Assembly (NCBI GenBank): GCA_963751535.1
Contig: CAVVUW010000001.1
Location: 167,955-231,954 of the forward strand
DNA length: 64,000 nt
Direction of reading: 5' to 3'
Source of the DNA: an uncultured Alphaproteobacteria bacterium
GTDB taxonomy: Bacteria; Pseudomonadota; Alphaproteobacteria; Rhizobiales; Xanthobacteraceae
The position numbers and the translations under genes were made by a program. How positions within the stretch are numbered: position 1 is the stretch's first letter; the number at the start of each line of letters is the position of its first letter. Of the stretch, positions 1-9,727 are shown piece after piece. Under the pieces are notes generated by a model. It saw only the letters and a program-made list of their open reading frames with translations, searched no databases and had not been told where the DNA came from.

Positions 1-914
1 GCCTTCACCACTCCCGCACGTACCATCTTGTCGAAAAAGCTTTTCCAGTGAGCATCGGTCATGGCTCCGATCCCCAGTTTTACTGAGTCGCCAGAATCCA
101 CGATGCCGTGCGCTTTCATTTTGTCGACCGAATAGGCCAGCAGGCCGTCAGTCATTTCCGGATTTTAAATCTTGATAAGTTGGTTGCCCGGACGCCCGTC
201 GCCGTAGATGTAGTGATACCAACCGATCGCAGATGCGTCGACGAACCGTTTGACCATATCCGATTTCTTTTCCACGAGCTCGCGTCGCGTTTCGATCAGA
301 GTCGAGTACGCATCGAATCCCTGATCAGCAAGCAGGAACACAACCGGCTTGAACCCCGCCTCACGCTCGATCGCAAAGGGCTCCGACGTGACGTAACCCT
401 GCATCGCAGAATTCTTGTCGGCGAGGAACGGCTGAGCGTTGAAAGTATAAGGCTTCACCTTGGCTTCATTGAAACCGAACTCCGACTTGAGCCATTGGAA
501 ATACGTGGTCATGCCCTCCTTCGATACGAACAGCGTACGCGTTTTCAAATCGTCGAATTTCGTCACGTCCGGATGAGCAACAAAAACCTGCGGGTCCTTC
601 TGGAAAGCCGCGGCCACAACGACGGTCGGAATGTTGTTTGCAACGGCGTCAAATGACTGCAGCGAATTTGCGCTCATGAAGAAGTCGAGTTTGCCGGCCA
701 AAAGCTGGGTCCGATTGTTCACATTCGGCCCACCCGGCACGATGATCACTTCGAGCCCGTATTTCTTGTAAGTGCCGTCGGCCAGTGCCTGGTAGAAGCC
801 ACCGTGCTCAGCCTCGGCCACCCAATTGGTCCCAAAAACGACCCGCTCGAGCGGCTGCGCCTGCGCCGTCCAGGCCATCCCAATAAGCAGAAAGACCGTT
901 GAAATTCTTAGCAT
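1..914 (-). pseudogene. NMT1/THI5-like (nitrate/sulfonate/bicarbonate-type) ABC transporter periplasmic substrate-binding protein, interrupted by an in-frame TAA at 165-167; the 3' end runs off the window
   Basis: ORF 165-914 has a Sec leader (MLRISTVFLLIGMAWTAQA) and family-typical GTNWVAEAEHGGFY. Hand translation past the TAA in the same frame gives NPEMTDGLLAYSVDKMKAHGIVDSGDSVKLGIGAMTDAHWKSFFDKMVRAGVVKA with no further stop down to position 1. Confidence 0.8.
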
Positions 915-1048
915 TTTCCCAGTTTGTCACTGTTTTGGGGGGCCACGCAACTATCCGCCACGCCGTCCTTTGAACCTTTTTCCGGCGCCCGCGACCAATG
1001 GGTATCGCGGCTTTGACGCCGCCCCAATTCAACCGGATGGAGACCATC

Positions 1049-1315
1049 ATGACGAAGTCCAAGATCACCGCAGTCGCTCTGACCGCACTGACACTCGCAG
1101 GCAGCCTCGTCGCCACCAGCGGCAGCGCCCAGGCTCACTCTCACTGGGGCACCGGCGTCGGTATCGGTATTGCCGCCGGCGCGCTGCTCGGAGCCGCGGC
1201 CGTTTCCAACGCCTACGCGACCCCAGTTTATGTGACGGGCCCGTCTTGCCGTCTGGTCACGCGCTATGACCGCTTCGGAAATGCGCGCATGATCCAGGTC
1301 TGCAACTACTACTGA
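1049..1315 (+). CDS. small secreted hypothetical protein (Gly/Ala-rich segment, two Cys near the C-terminus)
   Basis: Internal ATG at 1049 gives MTKSKITAVALTALTLAGSLVATSGSAQA, a signal-peptide-like N-terminus. The hairpin at 1363-1395 follows the stop. Confidence 0.55.
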   Translation: MTKSKITAVALTALTLAGSLVATSGSAQAHSHWGTGVGIGIAAGALLGAAAVSNAYATPVYVTGPSCRLVTRYDRFGNARMIQVCNYY

Positions 1316-1362
1316 TCCGCTGGGATCGGCGCCTGACCGTCCATCCTCGCGCCGATCTGGAA

Positions 1363-1395
1363 GACCCGCCCGGCATGTCCCCGTCCGGGCGGGTC
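1363..1395. terminator. GC-rich hairpin between convergent genes (possible bidirectional terminator)
   Basis: GACCCGCCCGG (1363-1373) pairs with CCGGGCGGGTC (1385-1395). It lies between the stop at 1315 (+) and the stop at 1403 (-). There is no strong U-tract. Confidence 0.45.
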
Positions 1396-1402
1396 GCTTC
1401 AT

Positions 1403-2773
1403 TCAGAATTTGACGACTGAGCGGATGCCGGTGACTTGTGCGTCCGGGTAACGGATGCCCGTTCCGCTTGGATGCCAGATTGACGTGTACACCGGTTGGA
1501 CCGTCCAACCGGGGACAATCTGAGCAACATAGGTCAGCTCAAGATTGGTCTCATAGTCTCGTGGCGGAGTAAAAAGAGTGCCGAAATTGATCTGGTCCTG
1601 GTCGAAGCCGCGTATACTGTTGGAGAAGCGCGCGTAGATAACGCTGGCGCCGAACACATCCTTTGGTCGGTTCGGCACCATGCCGGCAAACACGATCCCG
1701 CCGTCAACATAGAAATTGACAGTGTTTTGCGCCGATGGACTGAATGATGCACGGCTGAAGACCGATATGCCGCTGTCACCGTCGCCCCCTGCGGGACGAT
1801 AGATCTGCTGGTCGATCACTCCATAGATTCCGTAGTCACCTCGAAGCATGAGCGGCATGCCGTTGCTAGCAGGACTCGCAAGCGGCACGCCGACGTTGTC
1901 ATATCGCTTGTCAGCGAATTGCCCGAGGTGAGCCCATCCGCCGATTTTAAGTGTCGTCGCGAGGTCAGTATCGTGTTTGCCGCGGTTGCGGCGAAATTGC
2001 AGCTCGCTGATCATGAACGCCGGGTCACTCATACGAAAATTGAGCCCGTAACGATTGCAGGTGTCGGGCTCGCCAGAACAAGGTCCCGCCGGGTCGCCGT
2101 TAAAAATCGCAAACAGAAATGATGCGTTTTTGGGGAATTCGTATTTTATGCGCGCGCCAACAGCGGACAGCGGATAAGCCGGTCCGCCGCTCGGCAAATT
2201 GACCGCCGTGATTGTCGCCCAATCGCTCTGCAGAAAGATCTGACTGAGATCGCTGTAGAAAAACTCGGCATCCGCGGCGAGCTGGCCAAATCTGATGCTG
2301 ACAGGCCCAATCCATCGCTCCAGCCACAATTCGGACAGTCTCACGGTGGGAGTGGCTTCGATTGCCGCAATTGTGTTCATGCCTCCGACATAGTCACGAC
2401 GGATGCGGCCATCGTTGTAGATTCCGAATGCGTTGGCGTAGAAGCTCCAGTTCTTCCATCCGGCAAGTTTTTCCAGGTCGACCAGAAGTTGGGCCTCAAG
2501 CTTGCCCTGATCGATCGTGCCGGTTCGGATGCCGCCGGACATATTGCCCAGCACGTCGTTGGTGTAGATCAAATTGTAGGTGACGCCACGATCGTTGAGC
2601 CATTTGCGGGTCCCGTAGGGATCGCCGTATTGCGGCAGACTCGTCGCGATTGACGGGACGGTGATCCCGATTCGCTCGGCCTCGCTCTGCGCCCACACCG
2701 GACCTGCGCCGAAAAAGAACAGCGCGATCAGGGCACAAGCAAGTCGCTCGCGATGCAATCTTATCCGGCCCAC
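1403..2773 (-). CDS. OprB-family carbohydrate-selective porin
   Basis: Conserved OprB-like core (YGDPYGTRKWLNDRGVTYNLIYTNDVLGNMSGG...). The signal-like segment LACALIALFFFGAGPVWAQ has no upstream in-frame ATG nearby, so I chose GTG at 2773 (TTG at 2758 is also possible). The ORF-track start at 2944 is probably too long. Confidence 0.85.
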   Translation of the reverse strand: MGRIRLHRERLACALIALFFFGAGPVWAQSEAERIGITVPSIATSLPQYGDPYGTRKWLNDRGVTYNLIYTNDVLGNMSGGIRTGTIDQGKLEAQLLVDLEKLAGWKNWSFYANAFGIYNDGRIRRDYVGGMNTIAAIEATPTVRLSELWLERWIGPVSIRFGQLAADAEFFYSDLSQIFLQSDWATITAVNLPSGGPAYPLSAVGARIKYEFPKNASFLFAIFNGDPAGPCSGEPDTCNRYGLNFRMSDPAFMISELQFRRNRGKHDTDLATTLKIGGWAHLGQFADKRYDNVGVPLASPASNGMPLMLRGDYGIYGVIDQQIYRPAGGDGDSGISVFSRASFSPSAQNTVNFYVDGGIVFAGMVPNRPKDVFGASVIYARFSNSIRGFDQDQINFGTLFTPPRDYETNLELTYVAQIVPGWTVQPVYTSIWHPSGTGIRYPDAQVTGIRSVVKF

Positions 2774-3116
2774 GCCGTCTCCTTTTGCATTGCAGCGGCC
2801 CCCTGCGGCACAAAGCACAAAACTGGCGACGAAAGCTGACAGGCGGATGACCCCACCCCATTTAAACCGCGAATGCGCAGAATAGCCGCGGAAAAGCACG
2901 TTCCCACAGGAAAAACAGCGGCCAAATGCGTTGAATCCGCGCATTTATTGCCAGCGCTGGTGCAAAGAAAACGACGGCAGGTTGCGGTGTACGCGGGCGA
3001 GCCCGGCGTCCCGGTTTACCGAGGTGAAATGTTTATATCGCGGTTATGCTGAAACGGGCCGGCAATTCACTATAACGCTCGCAAAGACAAAAAGAGAAAA
3101 TCCGGGAAGCAAGGCC

Positions 3117-4385
3117 TTGGAGCGATTCGGGACATTTTTGGCGCGGCTCAAGCAGCCGCAGGCTACGCGCAATGGCGCCATAGCTGCGGTTGTCCTCATT
3201 ATTTGTACATGGCTGGTTGTTGCCGCGACGACGCGAGCTCCCCATGCAAATGGAGAAGAGCAAGCCTCGACCCAGGGTCGTCGCGAAAACGGATTGTTTT
3301 ACCCGCCACCCAAGCAGTGGGCATCCCTGACAACCGTGCCCGTCAGCCCGGTCGTATTTCGCAGCGAGCATATGACCGAGGGCAAGATCTCCATTGATGA
3401 AGACCGCTCGACGCTCGTGTTCTCTCCCTATTCGGGACGGGTGATCAAACTGCTCGCCAAGCCCGGCGATATGGTCAAAGCCGGCCAGCCGCTTTTCACG
3501 GTTGAAGCGCCGGATATGGTTCAGGCACAGAATGATTTCATCGCCTCCATTTCCAACTTGAACAAAGCCAAGTCGGCGCTTGAGCTCGCCAAAATCGTAG
3601 AGCAGCAAAACAAGACACTCTTCGACTCGCGTGCCGGGCCATTGCGCGACCTGCAGACCAGCCAGGCAACCAGCCGCGCCGCCGAGAATGATGTGCGCTC
3701 CGCTCAGACTTTGCTGGAGATGACGCGCAACCGCCTGCGTATTCTCGGGATGACGGACGACGAAATCTTTAAGTTCAGCGACACTGGCTCGGTCAGTCCG
3801 CAGATGACGATCTATTCGCCGATAGCCGGCACCGTCATTCAGCGCAAGGTCGGGCCCGGCCAGTACGTGAACACATCCTCGCAGAATACGAACGCCAGCG
3901 ACCCGACATTCATCATCGGTGACCTTTCGACAGTGTGGTTGGTCGCCTATGTGCGCGAGTCGGACGCGCCCAATGTCCGCGTCGGTCAGGCCGTTCACTT
4001 CAGCGTTCTCGCATACCCAACCCGCATATTCCCGGCAAATATTTCATATGTTGCAACCTCGCTCGATACCGGGACGCGCCGTTTGTTGGTTCGCGCAACA
4101 ATCGACAACTCACAGCGGCTGCTTCGCCCGGAGATGTTCGCAAGCGTGAATATTCTGACCGGAGAAGGAGACAGCTCGCTGGCAGTGCCACGTGATGCTA
4201 TTATCTACGATGGAAAAACGGCTCATGTGTGGGTCGCACGTGACGACAAGGCCGTTGAGCGCCGCGAAATCAAGACCGGTCTGTCCAATGGCCAGATGAT
4301 CCAGGTCCTGGAAGGCCTAAACGAAGGCGAAAACGTCGTAAGCAAAGGCAGCTTGTTCGTCGACCGCGCTGCTGCAGGAAGCTGA
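3117..4385 (+). CDS. RND efflux periplasmic adaptor (membrane fusion protein), CzcB/HlyD-like
   Basis: Biotinyl-lipoyl-like and hairpin segments (SGRVIKLLAKPGDMVKAGQPLFTVEAPDMVQAQNDF...; IYSPIAGTVIQRKVGPGQYV). The TM anchor is AIAAVVLIICTWLVVAA. The start is uncertain: TTG at 3117 is preceded by AAGG, while the ORF track begins at 2931. Confidence 0.85.
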   Translation: MERFGTFLARLKQPQATRNGAIAAVVLIICTWLVVAATTRAPHANGEEQASTQGRRENGLFYPPPKQWASLTTVPVSPVVFRSEHMTEGKISIDEDRSTLVFSPYSGRVIKLLAKPGDMVKAGQPLFTVEAPDMVQAQNDFIASISNLNKAKSALELAKIVEQQNKTLFDSRAGPLRDLQTSQATSRAAENDVRSAQTLLEMTRNRLRILGMTDDEIFKFSDTGSVSPQMTIYSPIAGTVIQRKVGPGQYVNTSSQNTNASDPTFIIGDLSTVWLVAYVRESDAPNVRVGQAVHFSVLAYPTRIFPANISYVATSLDTGTRRLLVRATIDNSQRLLRPEMFASVNILTGEGDSSLAVPRDAIIYDGKTAHVWVARDDKAVERREIKTGLSNGQMIQVLEGLNEGENVVSKGSLFVDRAAAGS

Positions 4386-4392
4386 AGCATCC

Positions 4393-7300
4393 ATGCTGCG
4401 CAGTCTGATGTCGTTCTGCCTGTCGCGGCGGCCGCTGGCGATAGTCGGATTCATCTGCTTCGTGGCCGTCGGTTATGTGGCCTTCACGACGCTTAACGTC
4501 GAAGCCTATCCCGATCCCGCGCCCCCGATCATCGAAATCATCGCGCAATATCCCGGTCAATCACCGGAGGAAGTGGAGCGATATGTCACCATCCCGCTCG
4601 AGATCGCGGTCGCGAGCACGCCGGGACTCACATATATCCGGTCGAACACCGTGTTCGCTCTCGGATTCATCCGGCTCCAATTCGAATATGGCCGCGACTA
4701 CAATTTCGTACGACAGCAGGTCACCAACCGCCTGAAAGACGCAACGCTGCCCGCAACCGTAACGCCGGTCATATCCCCGGCTGGCGGCATCAGCGAGATT
4801 TTGCGCTACCAGCTCAAAGGTCCTCCCGGCATGGACCTGATCCAGCTTAAGACCATCCAGGATTGGGTAGTCGAGCGCAAACTGCGCATCGTTCCCGGCG
4901 TTGCCGATATCTCGCCGCTCGGCGGAAAAACAAAGGAATACCAGGTCGAAATCGATCTCGACCGAATGCGAGCCTACGGTCTCACATTGCCGCAAGTCAT
5001 CAATGCGATCTCCACCAGCAATGCCAATGTCGGCGGCCGGACGATCGCGATCGGTGAGCAGTCGGTCAATGTACGCGGCGTCGGCGTGCTGGGCTCGATC
5101 AGCGACATCAATAATATCGTGGTGAGCCAACAGGGCGGACTGCCCGTCGTGCTGTCCGACATCGCGCGTAACCAGATCGGCTATACCCCGCGGCTGGGGA
5201 TCGCCGCCCGCGACAACCAGGACGACATTCTTTTCGGCATCGTCCTGATGCAGAAGCTGGAACGGACGATGGACGTAGTAACGCGCGTCCGCGCAGCCAT
5301 CGAGCGCATCAACAACGACGGCAGCCTGCCACCGGGTGTCAGGATCGAGCCCTACTACGATCGCGGCGACCTGGTTGCCATCACCGTGCGCACGGTAATG
5401 CACAATATGCTGTTCGGGATTGCGCTGATTTTCCTCATTCAATGGATTTTCCTGGGAAACCTGCGCTGCGCCTTGATCGTGTCCGCGACAATTCCCGTTG
5501 CCCTTTTCCTTGCAGTCATCATCACCGTGCTGCGCGGCAACTCCGCCAACCTGCTGTCGGTCGGCGCAATCGACCTCGGCATTATTGTCGACGGCACCGT
5601 CATCATGGTGGAGAATATCTTCCGCCATCTCGCCCACCACGCGGCGCGCCACCCGAACGACGCCAGCCGGGGAGATCGGCTGCACCGGATTCTGGCGGCT
5701 GCCGTCGAGGTGGACAAACCGATCTTCTTTTCGGTGGTCATCACCATCGCAGCGTTCCTGCCACTTTTCACGATGCAGGGCGTCGAAGGGCAGATCTTCG
5801 GGCCAATGGCGCGCACTTATGCGTACGCCCTGCTCGGCGCGGTGATCGCGACGTTCACGGTGACACCGGTGATGGCCTCCCTTCTGTTGCCTGACAAGGT
5901 AACCGAGGTTGAGACCTTTCTCGTGCGTCACATTCGTAACGTGTACGAGCGTGTTCTCGTTCTGGCGGTGAAGAACGCGCGCGTCGCGGCCACGATCGCA
6001 CTTGCTTTTCTCATTCTGTGCGGCGCGCTCGGCTTACGCCTTGGTACGGAATTTTTGCCCAAACTGGAAGAAGGCAATCTCTGGATCCGCGCGCTGCTTC
6101 CGCCCACGATCACGCTCGACGCGGGTCGGGACACGGTCAACAAGATCCGCGCTGTGATCGCTAGTTATCCGCCGGTGCGCACGGTCGTTTCCGAGCAAGG
6201 CCGTGGTGAAGACGCGACCGACCCGGACGGATCGTTCGTCGCCGAATTTTTCGTACCGCTAAAACCGTTTGAAGAATGGCCCGCGGGTCTGACCAAGCCG
6301 AAGCTGGTGAAGGAACTGTCAGCCCGCCTTGAAAGTGAATTCATCGGAATCGACTTCAATTTCTCGCAATACATCCAGGACAACATTGAAGAGGCCGTCT
6401 CCGGTGTAAAGGGCGAGAATTCGGTCAAAATCTTCGGACGCGACCTCGGTGAGCTCGAACGCCTGTCGAAAGCGGTGAAGGAAGAGCTTTCGAAGGTCCC
6501 CGGCGTCACCGACGCGGGCGCGTTCAATCTACTTGGCCAGCCGAACCTGGTGATCCAGGTGGACCGCGCCAAAGCTGCCCGTTACGGCATCACTGTCGCC
6601 GACATGAACACCGTGGTTCAGGCCGCGATCGGCGGGCAGGAAGTCACCCGCATCTACGATGGCGAGATGAATTTCGCGTTGACCGTTCGCCTTGCGCCGC
6701 AATACCGGGACAATATCGATGCCATCCGCTCGGTCCCCGTGGCTTTGCCGAACTCCGACCCAAAATCGCCGACCGCCTATATTGCGCTGGGTGACGTCGC
6801 AGAAGTTCGGCTGGAAACGGGCGCAGCCTATATCTACCGACAAAATACGGAACGTTTCGTACCGATCAAATACAGTGTTCGCGGTCGAGACCTCGGATCG
6901 ACCGTTGCCGACGCGCAAGCGCGGATCGCGAAGAACATCCAGCTGAAGGAAGGTTACCGACTCGAATGGTCGGGTGAATTCGGCGCCCTCGTCGAAGCAA
7001 AAAAGAGGCTAGCCATCATTGTCCCTCTCAGCCTCTTGCTGATCATGATGTTGCTCTACAGCCTGTTCAATTCCATACGCGACAGCCTGCTCGCACTGGC
7101 GGGAATTCCGTTTGCCGCATGCGGCGGAATTCTCGGACTCTATATGTTTGGTCTGAATTTCAGTGTGTCGGCGGCCGTCGGATTCATTTCATTGTTCGGT
7201 GTGTCGGCTATGGACGGCATTTTGCTCGTCTCCTACATACGCCGCCGACTGGATGAGGGATTCGGCAAGGACGAGGCCATCATCGGCTCCGCCCAGGCGC

Positions 7301-7545
7301 GCATGCGCCAGATTTTCATGACCGGATTTTCCGCATGTATAGGTCTGGTGCCTGCAGCGTTTTCGACGGGTATCGGCTCGCAGGTTCAGCAGCCGCTTGC
7401 CTGCGTGATTGTCGGCGGCATGCTCCTGTCACCGATCTGCAGTCTTCTGGTCATCCCCACACTGGCCCGGCTTGTCATGCCGACCGTGCGGCGAACCGTG
7501 CCTGAGGGTCGTGAGCACGCCGCCGAACCGGGGCCGGCTGAATAG
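4393..7545 (+). CDS. CusA/CzcA-family heavy-metal-type RND efflux permease
   Basis: 1050-aa ORF with 12-TM RND architecture. The N-terminus (RRPLAIVGFICFVAVGYVAFTTLNVEAYPDPAPPIIEIIAQYPGQSPEEVERYVTIPLE) is typical of the CzcA family. It starts 8 nt after the adaptor gene. Confidence 0.93.
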   Translation: MLRSLMSFCLSRRPLAIVGFICFVAVGYVAFTTLNVEAYPDPAPPIIEIIAQYPGQSPEEVERYVTIPLEIAVASTPGLTYIRSNTVFALGFIRLQFEYGRDYNFVRQQVTNRLKDATLPATVTPVISPAGGISEILRYQLKGPPGMDLIQLKTIQDWVVERKLRIVPGVADISPLGGKTKEYQVEIDLDRMRAYGLTLPQVINAISTSNANVGGRTIAIGEQSVNVRGVGVLGSISDINNIVVSQQGGLPVVLSDIARNQIGYTPRLGIAARDNQDDILFGIVLMQKLERTMDVVTRVRAAIERINNDGSLPPGVRIEPYYDRGDLVAITVRTVMHNMLFGIALIFLIQWIFLGNLRCALIVSATIPVALFLAVIITVLRGNSANLLSVGAIDLGIIVDGTVIMVENIFRHLAHHAARHPNDASRGDRLHRILAAAVEVDKPIFFSVVITIAAFLPLFTMQGVEGQIFGPMARTYAYALLGAVIATFTVTPVMASLLLPDKVTEVETFLVRHIRNVYERVLVLAVKNARVAATIALAFLILCGALGLRLGTEFLPKLEEGNLWIRALLPPTITLDAGRDTVNKIRAVIASYPPVRTVVSEQGRGEDATDPDGSFVAEFFVPLKPFEEWPAGLTKPKLVKELSARLESEFIGIDFNFSQYIQDNIEEAVSGVKGENSVKIFGRDLGELERLSKAVKEELSKVPGVTDAGAFNLLGQPNLVIQVDRAKAARYGITVADMNTVVQAAIGGQEVTRIYDGEMNFALTVRLAPQYRDNIDAIRSVPVALPNSDPKSPTAYIALGDVAEVRLETGAAYIYRQNTERFVPIKYSVRGRDLGSTVADAQARIAKNIQLKEGYRLEWSGEFGALVEAKKRLAIIVPLSLLLIMMLLYSLFNSIRDSLLALAGIPFAACGGILGLYMFGLNFSVSAAVGFISLFGVSAMDGILLVSYIRRRLDEGFGKDEAIIGSAQARMRQIFMTGFSACIGLVPAAFSTGIGSQVQQPLACVIVGGMLLSPICSLLVIPTLARLVMPTVRRTVPEGREHAAEPGPAE

Positions 7546-7546
7546 A

Positions 7547-9064
7547 TTAGCCTGTACGCTTGGCAGGCTGCAGGAGTTCGGAAACCCGGCCTAAGGCTCT
7601 GCCGATCACGGGCCAGAACAGCAGAATGAACGCCAGCGTCGTGATTGTACCGACGAGTCCGTTCGACCAGAAGACGCGCAGATCGCCGCCGGCGCCGATC
7701 ATCGCAAGACGGAACGCATCCTCAGCGCGACTGCCGAGCACCAGCGCAAGCGTGAACGGCGCCAGTGGAATCCCGACCTTTTTGAAGACATAGCCGACGA
7801 CGCCAAATAGCAGCATCAGCCAGATGTCGAACATGGCATTCTGGATGGCGTAGGCACCGATCGCACAGGATACGACGATCATCGGCGCGATCGCAGCGAA
7901 TGGCACCCGCAGCACCGCGGCAAAGATGGGCACGGTGGTGAGCACGATTACCAGGCCGACGATATTGCCGAGATACATCGACGCGATGAGGCCCCAGACA
8001 AAGTCTTTATGCTCCACGAACAGAAGCGGCCCGGGATTGAGGCCCCACACCATCAGTCCACCAAGCAAAATGGCGGCAGTCCCCGAGCCGGGAATTCCCA
8101 GAGCCAGCATTGGCAACAGCGCGGCCGTGCCTGAGGCATGCGCAGCTGTTTCCGGCGCGAACACGCCTTCAATGCGGCCTTTCCCGAAGCTTTCGGGATC
8201 CTTCGAAAAGCGCTTGGCGAGATTGTAACCCATGAACGACGCGGCGATCGCTCCGCCTGGCGTTATGCCGAGCCAGGCACCGATGGCCGACGACCGCAAC
8301 AACGTGACCCAGTATCGCGGCATGTCTTTCCACACGTTCAAGAGCACGCGCAGACTGATGCGAGCCGAGTGCCCGCGCAGCGCCAGCCGCTCTTCCATGG
8401 TGAGCAGGATTTCGCTGATTCCGAACAGGCCGATAACCGCGACAAGGAAGTTGATCCCGCGCAGCAGATCGCTGAAGCCGAAGGTCATGCGCAACTGCCC
8501 TGAGACCGTATCCATGCCGACGCCAGCGAGCAGCAGGCCGAGCGCCATGGAAATGATTGTCTTGTGCTTGGCCTCCCGTCCCAGCCCGACGAATGAGCAG
8601 AACGTGAGAAGATAGACAGCAAAGAATTCCGGCGGACCGAACTGCAGTGCGAATGAAGCGATGCCGGGTGCCAGGAACGTAATGAGAAGCACCGCAAACA
8701 GTGAGCCGATAAAGGAAGACGTGAAAGCTGCAGTAAGAGCCTCCGCAGCTCGCCCTTGTTGGGCCATCGGGTAACCGTCGAACGTCGTCGCCACCGACCA
8801 CGCTTCGCCGGGAATATTGAAAAGGATCGATGTGATTGCGCCGCCGAAGAGTGCGCCCCAGTAGATGCACGACAGCATCACGATGGCGGAGGTCGGGTCC
8901 ATTGTGAAGGTCAGCGGCAACAAGATGGCAACGCCGTTCGGCCCCCCCAGCCCCGGGAGCACACCGACGAAAATGCCGAGCACGAGGCCGACCATCATTA
9001 AGGCCAGCGTTTTCCAGGTCAGAAGGACCGCAAAGCCGTGGACGAGGAGCGAGAAAGCTTCCAT
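7547..9064 (-). CDS. tctA: tripartite tricarboxylate transporter (TTT) large permease TctA
   Basis: 505-aa polytopic membrane protein with TctA-type repeats (GVLPGLGGPNGVAILLP...; GIPGSGTAAILLGG). It lies downstream of tctB and tctC. Confidence 0.92.
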   Translation of the reverse strand: MEAFSLLVHGFAVLLTWKTLALMMVGLVLGIFVGVLPGLGGPNGVAILLPLTFTMDPTSAIVMLSCIYWGALFGGAITSILFNIPGEAWSVATTFDGYPMAQQGRAAEALTAAFTSSFIGSLFAVLLITFLAPGIASFALQFGPPEFFAVYLLTFCSFVGLGREAKHKTIISMALGLLLAGVGMDTVSGQLRMTFGFSDLLRGINFLVAVIGLFGISEILLTMEERLALRGHSARISLRVLLNVWKDMPRYWVTLLRSSAIGAWLGITPGGAIAASFMGYNLAKRFSKDPESFGKGRIEGVFAPETAAHASGTAALLPMLALGIPGSGTAAILLGGLMVWGLNPGPLLFVEHKDFVWGLIASMYLGNIVGLVIVLTTVPIFAAVLRVPFAAIAPMIVVSCAIGAYAIQNAMFDIWLMLLFGVVGYVFKKVGIPLAPFTLALVLGSRAEDAFRLAMIGAGGDLRVFWSNGLVGTITTLAFILLFWPVIGRALGRVSELLQPAKRTG

Positions 9065-9069
9065 GGCTT

Positions 9070-9609
9070 CTAGTGTCCAAACAGGGCTTCAAGCGGCCCC
9101 TTCGGCATGATCACGTCGAACGCGATGTCGAAGGTGACGAACATGATCATCGAAAATACGAAGCTGGTGAGCAGCGACTTCCACAAAGCGATACGGCCCA
9201 CCATCCACATGAATCCCGCGATCAGCAGGAAGCTCGCCACGTAGAGCCCAAGCCATTGCGTGAACAGACAGAACAAAAATGTCGGGACGAACACCTGCAT
9301 GACACGGCGCAACTGATCGCGCGTGACGAAAGCTTCCCGCCCCTCCGACGGGTTCAGGATCGTGCTGCCGAGGCCATAGAGGCTGGCGCCCGCGAGAATG
9401 ACCGAAAGATAGAACGGAAAATATCCGGCTTGGGGGCCGTCCGACGCCCAGCCCATGCCGGTGCGCCAGTTGTCGACGGCGAGCAACAATGCCAATGCGG
9501 CGAGAACAACATAGACGGCGATTTCAACGACGCGCGTGCTGGTGACGGGCGGCGAATCTTCGGCCGGCGCGGTTGGGTCCTCGACGGCGATCTCGGTTTC
9601 GGATGACAT
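9070..9609 (-). CDS. tctB: TTT small membrane subunit TctB
   Basis: 179-aa four-helix membrane protein placed between tctC and tctA. Confidence 0.85.
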   Translation of the reverse strand: MSSETEIAVEDPTAPAEDSPPVTSTRVVEIAVYVVLAALALLLAVDNWRTGMGWASDGPQAGYFPFYLSVILAGASLYGLGSTILNPSEGREAFVTRDQLRRVMQVFVPTFLFCLFTQWLGLYVASFLLIAGFMWMVGRIALWKSLLTSFVFSMIMFVTFDIAFDVIMPKGPLEALFGH

Positions 9610-9650
9610 TGTTACCTGTCTTCAGTCATTGCGAGCGTGCATGGCACGAA

Positions 9651-9691
9651 CCCGGAATCCAGAGCGATGCGTGATGCTGCTGGATTCCGGG
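9651..9691. repeat. REP-like extragenic palindrome between tctC and tctB
   Basis: Perfect 12-bp inverted repeat: CCCGGAATCCAG (9651-9662) and CTGGATTCCGGG (9680-9691). It is preceded by GTCATTGCGAGCG (9626-9638), a motif I recognise from repeated extragenic elements of Bradyrhizobium/Rhodopseudomonas-type genomes. Confidence 0.55.
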
Positions 9692-9727
9692 CCCCGAACA
9701 GCACGCTGCCCGGGGCCGGCGCCATAT

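Noticed and set aside
108-656. 182-aa plus-strand ORF overlapping the NMT1-type binding protein gene
   Set aside because: It is antisense to a gene with clear family motifs and a signal peptide. It has no motif and no RBS.
2931-3116. N-terminal extension of the membrane fusion protein given by the ORF track (TTG at 2931)
   Set aside because: The extension (MNPRIYCQRWCKENDGRLRC...) is Cys/Arg-rich and lies in the divergent promoter region shared with the porin gene. The TM anchor only begins after 3117. The true start remains uncertain.
4561-5931. 456-aa ORF on the minus strand inside the CzcA-like gene
   Set aside because: It is entirely antisense to a well-supported RND permease. The product is Arg/Gly/Asp-rich and low in complexity, with no recognisable motif. 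This is a typical shadow ORF in GC-rich DNA.
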